32,000 bases of DNA from the NCBI GenBank assembly GCA_000090985.2, contig CP001574.1:1535344-1567343 (forward strand). Reading direction: 5' to 3'. The notes below the pieces were generated by a model that saw only the letters and a program-made list of their open reading frames with translations, was not told where the DNA came from and made no database searches. Below are positions 22,401 to 32,000 of this stretch, one piece after another (the stretch's first letter is position 1; the number at the start of each line of letters is the position of its first letter). This DNA is from Micromonas sp. Taxonomy: Eukaryota. A program made the translations under genes and the position numbers.

Positions 22401-25400
22401 ATCATGATCAAAGTTGCTCGCTTGAGCCCCCAGGAGTGAACTTGAACCTTCACCGCTCTTTGTTAAGGCGTTTGCGCGAGCTTTCTCTGAGTCGATGTCT
22501 GATGGATAACAGAACTGAGGAATCGGGATGCCATTCACGCCATCCTGACACCATGCAACAAATCCTTGCGTTGCCAACAATTGCGCTCGGCTCCGATTTG
22601 ACAACATCGTCATATTTGCTGTGTAGGTCACCTCCTCGCCTGATGCAAAGTTTTTCCCATAAACAAGCTCGACGGTCACATTTCTTGTCTGCTCAGTTTC
22701 CTGATTCACACGAACCAATGTGCCTCCAGCATCGCGGATCACAACAAGAGTATGTCTAAGGGAAACCAACATATCTGCTCGGTAAACTAGGCTGTCAACG
22801 CACAATCCATCTCCAGCACGTCGATAACACGTTGGGCAGCCACACACATCCAAACTTGACATGGGACCCGTTGTGACTGTAATGAAGAAAGAGTAAGCAA
22901 GAAGCGACGGAGAGGAAATTGTGACCACGAAGTTTCCTGATTTTGGCCTCACTAGCTGAAGGTCATCGATGATCCCTTCGCCGAGAGCAGTGCGACGAGT
23001 ACTGACAAAAAAATGTGTAACAAAGTTGTCCTCAATCATCGATGGCGTTTTTCTAGCGATTGAACAGTGAGAGTCGTGATCTTCTTTGGATTCCTCGTGC
23101 GAGTCTCTGACTGATGTGACCAGTTCCCGGCGCACGCCTGTTCCGAGCTGGTCAATATCGAGCTGGCCAATCAAATTGTTTCCACCGTCCATTACAACAA
23201 CAGCAAAGCTCTCTATCTGTAGTGAACGCTCCGAGGGATAGACAGTTCGCAACGTGTATATCTTATTGTTGAACAAAAGGTAGGATCGCACAAGGTGAAG
23301 AATATGAGGTTATTCACTAATGTTATTTGAAAAAGAAGCTTGAATGCAAAAAAAGTCTGGTGTTGACCATCGTGTGCACATTTGGGACATTAAGTTTGTA
23401 CGGACTTCCAATTTCGATCGCAAAAGATGAAATATCACTAAACAATCCATCTCCTCCGAACGTGAGATTATAAAAGCCAATCAATGGATTCCTAATTTGA
23501 ATCCTATCAAATATCACAGTCCCTTTCCCAGATTGCAAGGTTTCAGTATTATCACCGGAATTTTGCAGGAGTGCTGCGGTCCCATTAGTTCCAACTGGAC
23601 TGTCAGTGATGTTTGCGAACACCGGCATCGTGAGCAGATTAGAGGAGCCAACAAAGTTCAACCCTGCATCGTATACGCCGACAGTTATCGGTTTGATCTT
23701 AACCAGTGGTCCTGATGCATACGTAGCTTGAGGCGTTGAAATAATTTTCAGCCTTACTGCCTGCCCCTCGGTAACCTTTATGGTGAGTGTGACGAAACGA
23801 AGAGAGGGAGAAGAAAATAGTATATCGTGTATCCCCTTTTGAGGTGATAGGAGTCGAATAGATGCAAAGTAGGCAATGTCTCGCTGAGTGTAGACAAAAT
23901 CGGTTCCTCCTGTTCCTGGACCGCCTGGATGTGCTCCAACCTTAGCTGTGTTGCATATGAGATGCACGGGGCGCGAATGGGTGTCGGTTTGTCCGACAGA
24001 GGATCCGCCTGCATCCAAAACTTGAACGATAATCGGAGAAGCAGAACTTGATAGTACTGATGTGTACATGCTCTGAAACGTGAAACTAAATTTCGGTGGA
24101 AGCGCGAGACCCAGTTTCACGGCCACCCCTGGAAGTATTTCTACTCCAAAACTCACCCCGATTATCCCAGGCGATTTAAAGGTCATGAGCAGTGGATTCA
24201 ACGCCGTGGCCTGCTTAGGTGCCAAGAGAGCTAGGTTCGTAAATGAATACAATCCTTCTAATGGATTTCCAGAAAATTCATCTGGCTGATCAGGCAAACA
24301 TGTAGGAGAGTAGGTGGAACCAGCAGATGACTGAGAGCTTGAGTCTTGTGGATGAAGCAAGCACACTGCACTTCCAACTATGCTTTCGTGCTTCATGGTA
24401 ATTTTCTGCTTGGGGCAGTATAAACCACCAACCTTGCATGCGATGTCATGATCTCCGCGTAGAATGTTTTCTCCGCTATCGAGTACATAAGTTCGTATTG
24501 GTGATAGGCTAACGACATCGGAAACATTATACACGGCACATGTGCAAGTGTCATCAGAATTGCTTTGAACAACTGTGCTGGTGTCACAGATGCCGTTCAA
24601 ATGGAACTTCGGACAGGGTGCAGAGATGCCAAGGTGATGTGCCCGGCCTGGATACAATGTAATTTGTACTGTTGCACTCTCCAGCATGGGATCTAATGGC
24701 ATTGTAGTCAGCGAAATTTCAAAGATTCCATGCGGTGGTTTATACAAAGCGATATCATCGATGACCGCATAGTTGGAAATTCCCTCCATTTCATAGACAG
24801 TACTCAACGTGCCAGTAGTCGTATTAAACGATCCATTCATTGTCACAAGAATCGTAGCGCGAGATTGCCTTGTGTTATCACCAGTGATGTGAGGGTAAAG
24901 TCCATCAGTGGCCAACCCAGGAAGGGATATCGAGACATAGCGACGTTGGTGAGTTTCTGTTGTCACGTCATATTGTGATGAAATGTTAAATTCTTCAACA
25001 TGGGTTTGATTAACAACGCGCCACAATGTTACGTTCCGGAACGATTCCAGGAATTTGCCTTGCGTTTGATTAGTATCTCTTAGCAATGTGGTAGGATAAG
25101 TGAATGAAGTCCGCACAATAGTTGCATCGGCCCCAACTGGATTTCGTACCGTGATATGCGACGATTCTTTTACAGGTCCAAATACGACATCAACAGTTGA
25201 TACATTGAAGTCGGGCAGCTTGCCTGAAAGATGATTCCCGCCAGAATCTACAGGCACGACGCGGATGACGTCCAGAGGCACAAGGTGATCCATAGAAGCG
25301 TACTTCCGAAAAGTTGATAAATTGACGTTCCCGAGAGAGAGTGAGTACTCGCCCATGTCTTTTAACGTGTCGGCTAGAACATGAGCATGCAACTTCGTTC

Positions 25401-28400
25401 GATCTCCTGCGATAACGTTTACAGTGATTGCTGCATCTAGCAAGGGGCGAAAGTCCGCATCAGAACTTTGAAATACCAGCTCTGGGGTCCTAAAAACAGT
25501 AACTTTCTGCTCGGTACATTTTATGACATGAGCTCCAATGATTGGTCGCACAATCAACATGTCAGAAAATTCAACAAAACCTTCTCTTTCTGTGTGTGCC
25601 ATGATAGTGCCGGTCAAACTGGCAGTGACAGAATAACAAAGTACTTCCCGACTCACGTCAGCATCCAAAAAGACGTCATACCGATCATTTACACCGAGCT
25701 GATTCCCGCCTCCGTCAAGAACTTCCAATCTAAATTTTCCAATCGGAACAAGAGATGCAGCTGACAATTCAACTGTACTTACGAGATGCACAGCATGCCA
25801 TTGATAGCCACGAGTGCCACGGTTCATGCGAATGCCTTGGACAGATGATACGAGTGCAGGAGAGCTGAATTCAAGTCCATACCATCCGACGGGTTTGCAT
25901 CCTATACTGAATGAATAAGCAGGAAAACGCCATTCAGCAGCACCCGCGGCATCTGTTTGAGCAATGACTCCGTACACCTGAAGGCCTGGCTGTCCATGAG
26001 GCAAAACCGTTACAGTTCTGCGTTCTCGATCATTTTCGAGTTGATTATTACCGCCGTCGAAAATATTTAACGCGATCGTTGTAGTGACTACCTCCTCTGA
26101 AGAATCGCAGGCTATAATCACATCTGCATAATTAGAAATGTTCAGGTAGACTGCTTCTCCAGGGATAATTTCAAGCTTTGATACCGAAAGAGCATGAACA
26201 TCCTCCAGTGAACCGCGCAATCGTGCATAGAACTGAAGACGATAAAAGCCTTGGGATGGCGACCCAAAAGTTAAAGTACTGTCACTTCCTGGCTTTCTTG
26301 ACCCTGTGGGCTCTTGGTTGACTAATTTCAGATCATAGAACGTCGCAGTGCCGTTTATGGATTCTACCATTTCTGAACCATGGAGTCTCGCACCGTTCAC
26401 GCGTCGTTCAAGCATGTCAGCACCCAGAATCCCGTTGTATTCTGACTGACTGGTAGTGCTGACAACGTGTATTGCGTGTGTAGAACTATCCAGGTCACCA
26501 ATTTGATTACTGCCGGCGTCCAAAATATCCACAAATATTGGCCCGAGCATTACAGAAAGTGATGCCGATTTGATAATGCCATCTGATGACCAACCTAACT
26601 TCTGATCGTTTGCAGATACGTACCCCGGTCGGACAAGTATTTGAGCAGGAGCCCCAGGAAATACAGTTATCACTTGTGTGGTTATTCCAGGCATGCTGAT
26701 GCATGAATCCATGCCACGGGTGCAATCCCGAAGTGAAAAAATGAGATGATAGTCCCCCCGGGCAAGGGAATGAGAAAACCTTGGGGTCAGTGATAGGAAA
26801 CCTCGATCAGTCACTCCCTCGAAGCCAGAATCAAGTTCATATGTTTGGCCACGCCGAGGAGATGCGGAGGAATTAATCGTTATTTTCACTGAGAAGCCTC
26901 GAGTTCCACCCTCGCCAATGTCGTTTTCCATGACGAATCCATCAAGATCAGCTATTCGCATCTGAAATGTACCGAGAGTCATGCTATAGTCGTTTCGAAC
27001 TGAACCGTGCATGTACACATCTGAAGTCTGCCGACTGATAACTTGAAGGTGATGAGGCCGTCCATATATTTTCAATGGCTGCTCTGCCATATGAAAATCT
27101 TTCGAATTCATTGAGAACGCAACTGTCACTTTCCTTGGATCGTCGTTTGGAAGCCACTCCATCGCTTGATAGAAATCAACGTTCCCATCCGTGGCTCCAA
27201 GGGGGTTACAACGCGTCTTCCCAGACACAACGTGTGTCCTGCATATCGGACAAATGATCGTTGTCGCAGTGACAAACACGGCCGGTTGATCTGAGCTTGC
27301 ATTCTGATTGAACCGACATACCAGTGAGGCAGTGTTTATGAATGGCCCCCCAACGAGCGTAATACGGGAAGGGATCTGATTAGCATCTTCTCCAGTTATC
27401 ATTACGGATGGAGGGGAAACGCCATTTGCTAAAATCCTTGTCACGATTGGCACCGCGTAAAATCTGTATACCATTTTATCGTCTGTCCACAGAGAGATGT
27501 TGAAAAGCTCATCACGGGTGGCTACAGAGTGCTCATAAAAGACATTGAAAGAGAGCTGAACAATTGCAAATCCACTCGCCAAAGGACCTTGATCTGTTCG
27601 ATCTGAGATTTCTACCGCCTGTGGCGCTGTGCAACGCACTTCGGTGCTGTTGACAACCATGGCAGGAACCCAGCCTCCAATCGGAAATATGTCAACATCA
27701 TCGATCGAAAATCCAAACCGACATGATGCAAAGCTACTTTTACCTTTGCTTCCTGTGTTGCCTGTTGGGAATCCAGAACCTGATAAAGTGATCGCAGTAC
27801 TAGCCCCAGAAGATGGACCGTATCTTGGCGATATTGATGTGATTTCTGCAGTAGAAAGTCTTGAATATGTGACTGTCGGTTCGGTAAGAGAAGCGGTAAT
27901 AAGAGAAAATACATCAGAGGCATACACCATTGCCCTGAGAGGCTCGGTTGACAGGTGTGATGCAATCCGACGGAAACATTGAGCAGTGCAGGAGACCGTG
28001 GTATCAGGACCACCAATTTCAAGTTTCACTACGCGAGAATTCGTTGTCGCAGATCCTCCTGTCAATGCGAATAAAAAACCACCACTCCATGTTCCATCCG
28101 GCATCACAGCCATTCGGTGAACATTGATTTCTTTGAGGCCCTCGTCGTCGCTTCCTGATAAAACAACCTCTCTCAAACAGCCCTGATCATCAAAGTCATC
28201 AAAATGTAAACTGAACATCCATATGCGTCCCGGTGAGGAATCACAACCATCGTCATGACATCTCACAGTTGCAGTTCCAGCGTAAGCATACTGGCCATGA
28301 GCGACAACCGATTTGAATGTTGAATGGGCCATTTTTCTTCGGTCAGGGATATCCCCGTCAAAATACATTTCATCACCATCAACTTTGTCAACAATCCTGC

Positions 28401-29690
28401 TAGCTTCTGCGCGGATTTTGAGTACAGAGGGGTAATATCCGGCATCCGAATTAATAGTTCGGGATGATCCTACAAAAATAACGTAGTGAGCGTCATCAAT
28501 TGAGGCAAATGTGGCGGCGTTGAATCTAAATGCATCACGACGAATAGCGCATGTTCCGCATCGTCGCTCCAGGTAACCGGGTGAAATTGGGACATCTTTA
28601 ATAGAAGTAAGGATCCCATCCCGAACTTCTAGTACCCCGACACGAGACTTAATATTGACATCTCTTGGCGTGGCTTTGTAAAGTAAGGTGCCCTCCTCAT
28701 CATTTGTGGTCATCGCATCTAATATCCAGCCTTCATTGTGAGTGAAGAAGTCTATCGCCGATCTGTTGTGATTAGAAGCGAGGGATCCATTTCTTCCATC
28801 CCAGCGATATATCCTGAATATATATTCATATGGGTCGTCGTGATCGCTGTTAGATTGCGTGATCGATCCTTTGTTTCTCCACATATTCAATACAGTGTAG
28901 ACAAATGATCTGTTGGAATCCAGTGAAATATCTCGATACCCTCCCTCATCCCGCCAACCGTGTGCTGTTTGGTACATGGAATTCCAGCCTGGGGTAGTCC
29001 GCCCACCTGGATGACTTTGTGTGCAGTTATTTTCTGTCGTCATGCCAGATCCGCACCAGTTGTCGATTGGAATCATCGGAAGGGGTTGAGAATGACTAGG
29101 TGGACGGGCTGGCCCGGACTTCCCCCAACCAGGTGCGTCACTCTCAGTGTCTCCAACCGAGGAGATTTCAACCACGGCGTCTCTCCCAGAAGAATCATAA
29201 ACACTCGCAAATATTCTACCATTCCTTCCATTGTACGCCAAGTCTGCTACGTGACGATCCCCTTCAATTTCTCTTCGGGTGGTAAATCTATAGCCATACG
29301 TGCCATCACGTCGTTTTTGGAGGGAGATCCCAGGACGAACCTACGAAAACCAGGTTTGTAACTGTCAAACGCGTCATGCAAATTGAAAAGGTATCTATAA
29401 AGGGAGATAAACACGAGTTTTAGTTCCTACAAGCGAGCAATCGATGCCGGATCGACCAGGAGTGCACAGACAAGTTCCGTCAAGCTGTTTCACAAGTTTT
29501 GGGAAAGAAGTGGCGTTAGACATCACGCGGTTCCTAAGGTGTTATGCAAGATGAATTGATGTCACACCTGACAGATGCCATAACCCTTGCCCTCGTAGCA
29601 GTCGTTGGGACAGTAATAATACGTAAGACTAGCCCCTTGGCACGACACGAAACAGAAAACGAACGAAAGAAAGGTCAGGCGCCTAGGCAT
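19477..29690 (-). CDS. Giant secreted, multipass-membrane receptor-like protein (about 3,180 aa): signal peptide, EGF-like domain, propeller-like region, IPT/TIG domains, about 10 Ig-like modules, ephrin-receptor-like Cys-rich repeats and a C-terminal multi-TM domain
   Basis: The proposed exons on the minus strand are 29690-29568 (MPRRLTFLSFVFCFVSCQG..CPNDCYEGKGYGICQ), 29484-29431 (LDGTCLCTPGRSGIDCSL, completing an EGF-like fold), 29340-23380, 23261-21048, 20946-20116, 20038-19994 and 19782-19477. All junctions are GT..AG and phase 0. An IPT/TIG signature is ITSISPRYGPSSGASTAITLSGSGF...SCRFG...VNSTEVRCTAP. A recurring module motif is (V/I)xDxGGNx(L/I/V)G, for example IFVDILDAGSNQIG, NIFDGGNNQL, EVLDGGGNQLG, VPVDSGGNHLSG, VQVLDAGGSSVG and VVMDGGNNLIG. 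Cys-rich repeats include CVPCTNGHYKESPGPQDCTACP, CHPCPNGGICNG and CAVCSRGYA. The TM region contains YLFQGFHPVYYWWDFMLMARK and YEPFASDVQQALETFSL. The three 3'-most junctions are the least certain. Confidence 0.75.
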
Positions 29691-29932
29691 CAGTTAAATT
29701 TGGTGAAAAGAAACTGGAGCTGTGTGGAAGTCAGGCCGTGTGCTCGCGTCTTCTATCAGTCGACCATTAGAATTCCCGCGTGATCATGCAAGTAGAATAA
29801 CGTCGATGCCCGAAGCAATCAATTTCTTCCAGTGTTTGGGTCCATGAGAGCCGTGAGATTGCGAATAAGACGAGAACGCTGCGTTCTTGCGGTGAGCAGT
29901 TCAATAAAAGCGAGCAGCATACTCATAACTTT

Positions 29933-30056
29933 TACCTTCGGTACCTTCGAAGGTAAAATGTACAAGTAGCCTTAATATGAGGGTAAAAGTTCACACATAT
30001 TACGAAGGTAAAGATATATATTATCCATGTACCTTCAAAGGTATGGATACCTTCGT
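29933..30056. repeat. TACCTTCG(T/A)A motif cluster upstream of the giant gene
   Basis: Sites start at 29933, 29942 (perfect TACCTTCGAAGGTA), 30001 and 30047, plus the variant TACCTTCAAAGGTA at 30029. Confidence 0.85.
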
Positions 30057-30212
30057 ATAATATTATACTTAAGATATGATAAAAGATCTTTATTTATTAG
30101 TCTACGAATAGACACTGAATAGACCATATATATGCCCTGAGAAGCTGATGACATGTATGGCCTTTCGATCTTTGGTAGTCTTCGGATTTTTTTTGTGGCC
30201 CCGGGGAGGGGA

Positions 30213-30301
30213 TTTCTGTTGCAATCAAGTCTGATGAAACGAAAGTCCTCAGTTAGGATCAAAGAAGAACGAAGATTGTTCCATTCTCAGGTTTGATAGC
30301 A
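30213..30301 (+). repeat. Direct repeat copy 1 (with a 37-38-nt internal insertion relative to copy 2)
   Basis: The sequence is TTTCTGTTGCAATCAAGTCTGATGA, then [AACGAAAGTCCTCAGTTAGGATCAAAGAAGAACGAAG], then ATTGTTCCATTCTCAGGTTTGATAGCA. A partial third match, GCGTTTTTTTCTGTTCGG, lies at about 30343. Confidence 0.8.
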
Positions 30302-30867
30302 GTCATAACCTGAAATTGACTGATTTGCAGATATGGGCCCGAGCGTTTTTTTCTGTTCGGCTCCCGCAAGCATTCCCTTTTAGCCTTGAGTGAGAGATAG
30401 AGTTCAACAAGATAGACTCGCACTGCCTTTTTACTGGAAGTTGGTGCTTGAGGCCTAAGAGTTGCAAAGACGAGTGTGTGGTTCTTTAACCTCCTCTATG
30501 TACTCCTCTTAAGCCACTTAGAAACCTGTTGTAACTCAGCAATGAGTTTGTCAAAGACCCTGACTACAAAAATCCTCTAGAGAGTGTCTAACTGGTTGAC
30601 TTTTAGTGTACTTCAGACAATCTATAGTCAGTTTACAAGTAGGGTTGTAACAGAAATTGGTATCGAAGCTACTGAATTGTCAAGTGACCCCCTGTCAGTA
30701 CTTTGCAGAACATAAACATCACAAAGGACACGCACAGCAAGGTCCATCAACCTTTGGCCCCGGTTATACCAGATTCCAATTGAACTCGGTCCCGACCAAA
30801 CTGATCGATGCGATCTTACAGCAAGTCTTAGCTGTGCTCCAGGAGTAGCACGATGCTAGAAGGGGCG

Positions 30868-30918
30868 TTTCTGTTGCAATCAAGTCTGATGATTGTTCTA
30901 TTCTCAGTTTTGATAGCA
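30868..30918 (+). repeat. Direct repeat copy 2
   Basis: TTTCTGTTGCAATCAAGTCTGATGATTGTTCTATTCTCAGTTTTGATAGCA is nearly identical to the two halves of copy 1. The roughly 565 bp between the copies has no ORF and is not AT-rich. Confidence 0.8.
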
Positions 30919-31181
30919 TGTTTGATAACTGGCTGAGGGAGTGGCCGACGAGCCGCTTCGCGGCTGTTTAAACTCTGAGCCCTGAAAACCCAACCCCAAA
31001 CCCCTAAAGACACGGCGCAGACCCTAAAGATACAGCGCGCCGCTTGTTACTCGCGCGTCAGCGGCTACATGATAGCGCATCTTGCTAATGTAAAAAACCG
31101 CTCCTGGCAGCGCGTGGCGCTCTTCAGGATATGTACGGGAATAATCAACCCAAGGATGACCAGTCCCGCCCAACACAGCAC

Positions 31182-31412
31182 TACCTTCGTATGATTTTTA
31201 TATATAGGAGCACGATTGGTATCCAAACCAATATCGTTGTCTTCGGTCATCAAATAAAAACGCAAAACAAAACTTTATTTTAACCTTCGAAGGTATGGAT
31301 ATTCTATCTTCAATTATTCGTAAATAACGTTTCAAGTACCTTCGCTTCGTACCTTCGAAGGTACCGAATCAAGGTACTTTTTTCGGCTACATACTTGCAT
31401 TGTACCTTCGTA
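31182..31412. repeat. TACCTTCG(T/A)A motif cluster upstream of the TrmO-like gene
   Basis: Sites start at 31182, 31282 (AACCTTCGAAGGTA), 31337, 31350 (perfect palindrome) and 31403. Confidence 0.85.
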
Positions 31413-31506
31413 TGAGTCTTGTATGTCCATACCTGCCTATATCGCTTTTCCGGTGCAGACAGTCGCGGATCAAAATCCGACGTAAACCGGTCGACTCGAC
31501 ACCCAA

Positions 31507-32000
31507 ATGTCTGAGTTGGAAGAAGTAAAATTTAGGCTTGCCCGCGAAATAGATGCTCGAGCAAGCGAGCGCGCCGGGCGCATACGCGCGGAAACGGAAC
31601 TCCGCGAATTGAAGCTCAGGTTAGGCTCTTCACCTCGGCTTCCAGTGCACGAAAGTCTCGAACGCGACGATGTTATGACGAACACGAAAGCTGAACCGGC
31701 AACCGCCATAACTCCTCGGCGCACTGGTCGTAATTTGACAAGTGCACTTAGCAGCTCACCTTCGTTGCCGGCGTTTACCTCGTCGTTCACGTTTTTACCG
31801 GCTGCAACTTTCTATTCATGCTTTGCGCAACGGAACGGGACACCACGCCAGCCCTCTCTCGTGCCACTTGCGCGTGGCAGGATACAACTACACGGCCACG
31901 TCGCCAAGGAAAGTCTTGAAGGATTAAGCCAATTTAGCCATCTTTGGCTCCTTTTTGTATTTCATCTAAATACCGATCTGCATCAAACTGTCCTATGCGC
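31507..32000 (+). CDS. TRMO: tRNA (adenine37-N6)-methyltransferase TrmO / YaeB (TsaA-like) family protein, 5' part; the ORF runs off the window end
   Basis: This ORF is not in the supplied track because it has no stop inside the window. The ATG at 31507 opens MSELEEVKFRLAREIDARASERAGRIRAETELRELKLRL...FYSCFAQRNGTPRQPSLVPLARGRIQLHGHVAKESLEGLSQFSHLWLLFVFHLNTD.... The block NGTPRQP...L.GL..FSHLW.LFVFH matches remembered E. coli YaeB (FAVPRQPGL...VRGLEAFSHLWILFVFH) and human TRMO. The overlapping 106-aa minus-strand ORF (31470-31790) is therefore considered spurious. Confidence 0.8.
   Translation, partial: MSELEEVKFRLAREIDARASERAGRIRAETELRELKLRLGSSPRLPVHESLERDDVMTNTKAEPATAITPRRTGRNLTSALSSSPSLPAFTSSFTFLPAATFYSCFAQRNGTPRQPSLVPLARGRIQLHGHVAKESLEGLSQFSHLWLLFVFHLNTDLHQTVLC

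Noticed and set aside
30229-30330. C/D-box snoRNA features (UGAUGA at 30232 and 30887, CUGA downstream)
   Set aside because: There is no terminal stem directly adjoining the boxes and no convincing D'/C' arrangement. Four- to seven-nt boxes are expected by chance. It is kept only as one possibility under the direct-repeat finding.
30415-30445. A U5 snRNA-like loop (GCCTTTTTACTGG)
   Set aside because: It has one extra U relative to the invariant GCCUUUUAC loop, no flanking helix comparable to U5 stem 1, and no Sm site (AAUUUUUG-like) downstream.
31470-31790. A 106-aa minus-strand ORF at the window end
   Set aside because: The plus strand over the same region encodes a TrmO/YaeB-like protein with the conserved PRQP and FSHLWLLFVFH blocks, so the minus ORF is an antisense artefact.

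Overview
This is eukaryotic nuclear DNA from a compact, gene-dense genome, not a prokaryotic locus. The evidence is spliceosomal GT-AG introns of about 77-211 nt, a beta-tubulin gene, a centromeric histone H3 gene and an intron-containing tRNA. The beta-tubulin looks plant/SAR-protist-like ([15 protein letters not shown]..., [17 protein letters not shown]) rather than fungal or animal, but the organism cannot be named without a database search. I can support nine solid protein genes. They are a Rab3GAP2-like protein (+), the NEDD8-E1 regulatory subunit (-), CenH3 (+), a DDX49/Dbp8-type DEAD-box helicase (+), beta-tubulin (-, 4 exons), an EEP-fold protein (+, 2 exons) and NADPH-cytochrome P450 reductase (-). 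The other two are a giant secreted multipass receptor-like protein of about 3,180 codons (-, about 7 exons) and the 5' part of a TrmO/YaeB-type tRNA methyltransferase (+), which runs off the window end and is missing from the ORF track. There is also an intronless Cys-repeat ORF inside a GC-rich block, two weak small ORFs, and tRNA-Leu(CAA) with a 40-nt intron. The genes are separated by AT-rich islands that carry a MITE, a 556-bp foldback element and 56-bp tandem repeats. The most unusual signal is about 40 copies of the motif TACCTTCG(T/A)A, including eight perfect copies of the 14-bp palindrome TACCTTCGAAGGTA. These occur only in intergenic tracts that contain gene 5' ends and never in tail-to-tail spacers. 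I saw no evidence for a prokaryote-style defence or metabolic system. All family assignments come from remembered motifs, not searches.
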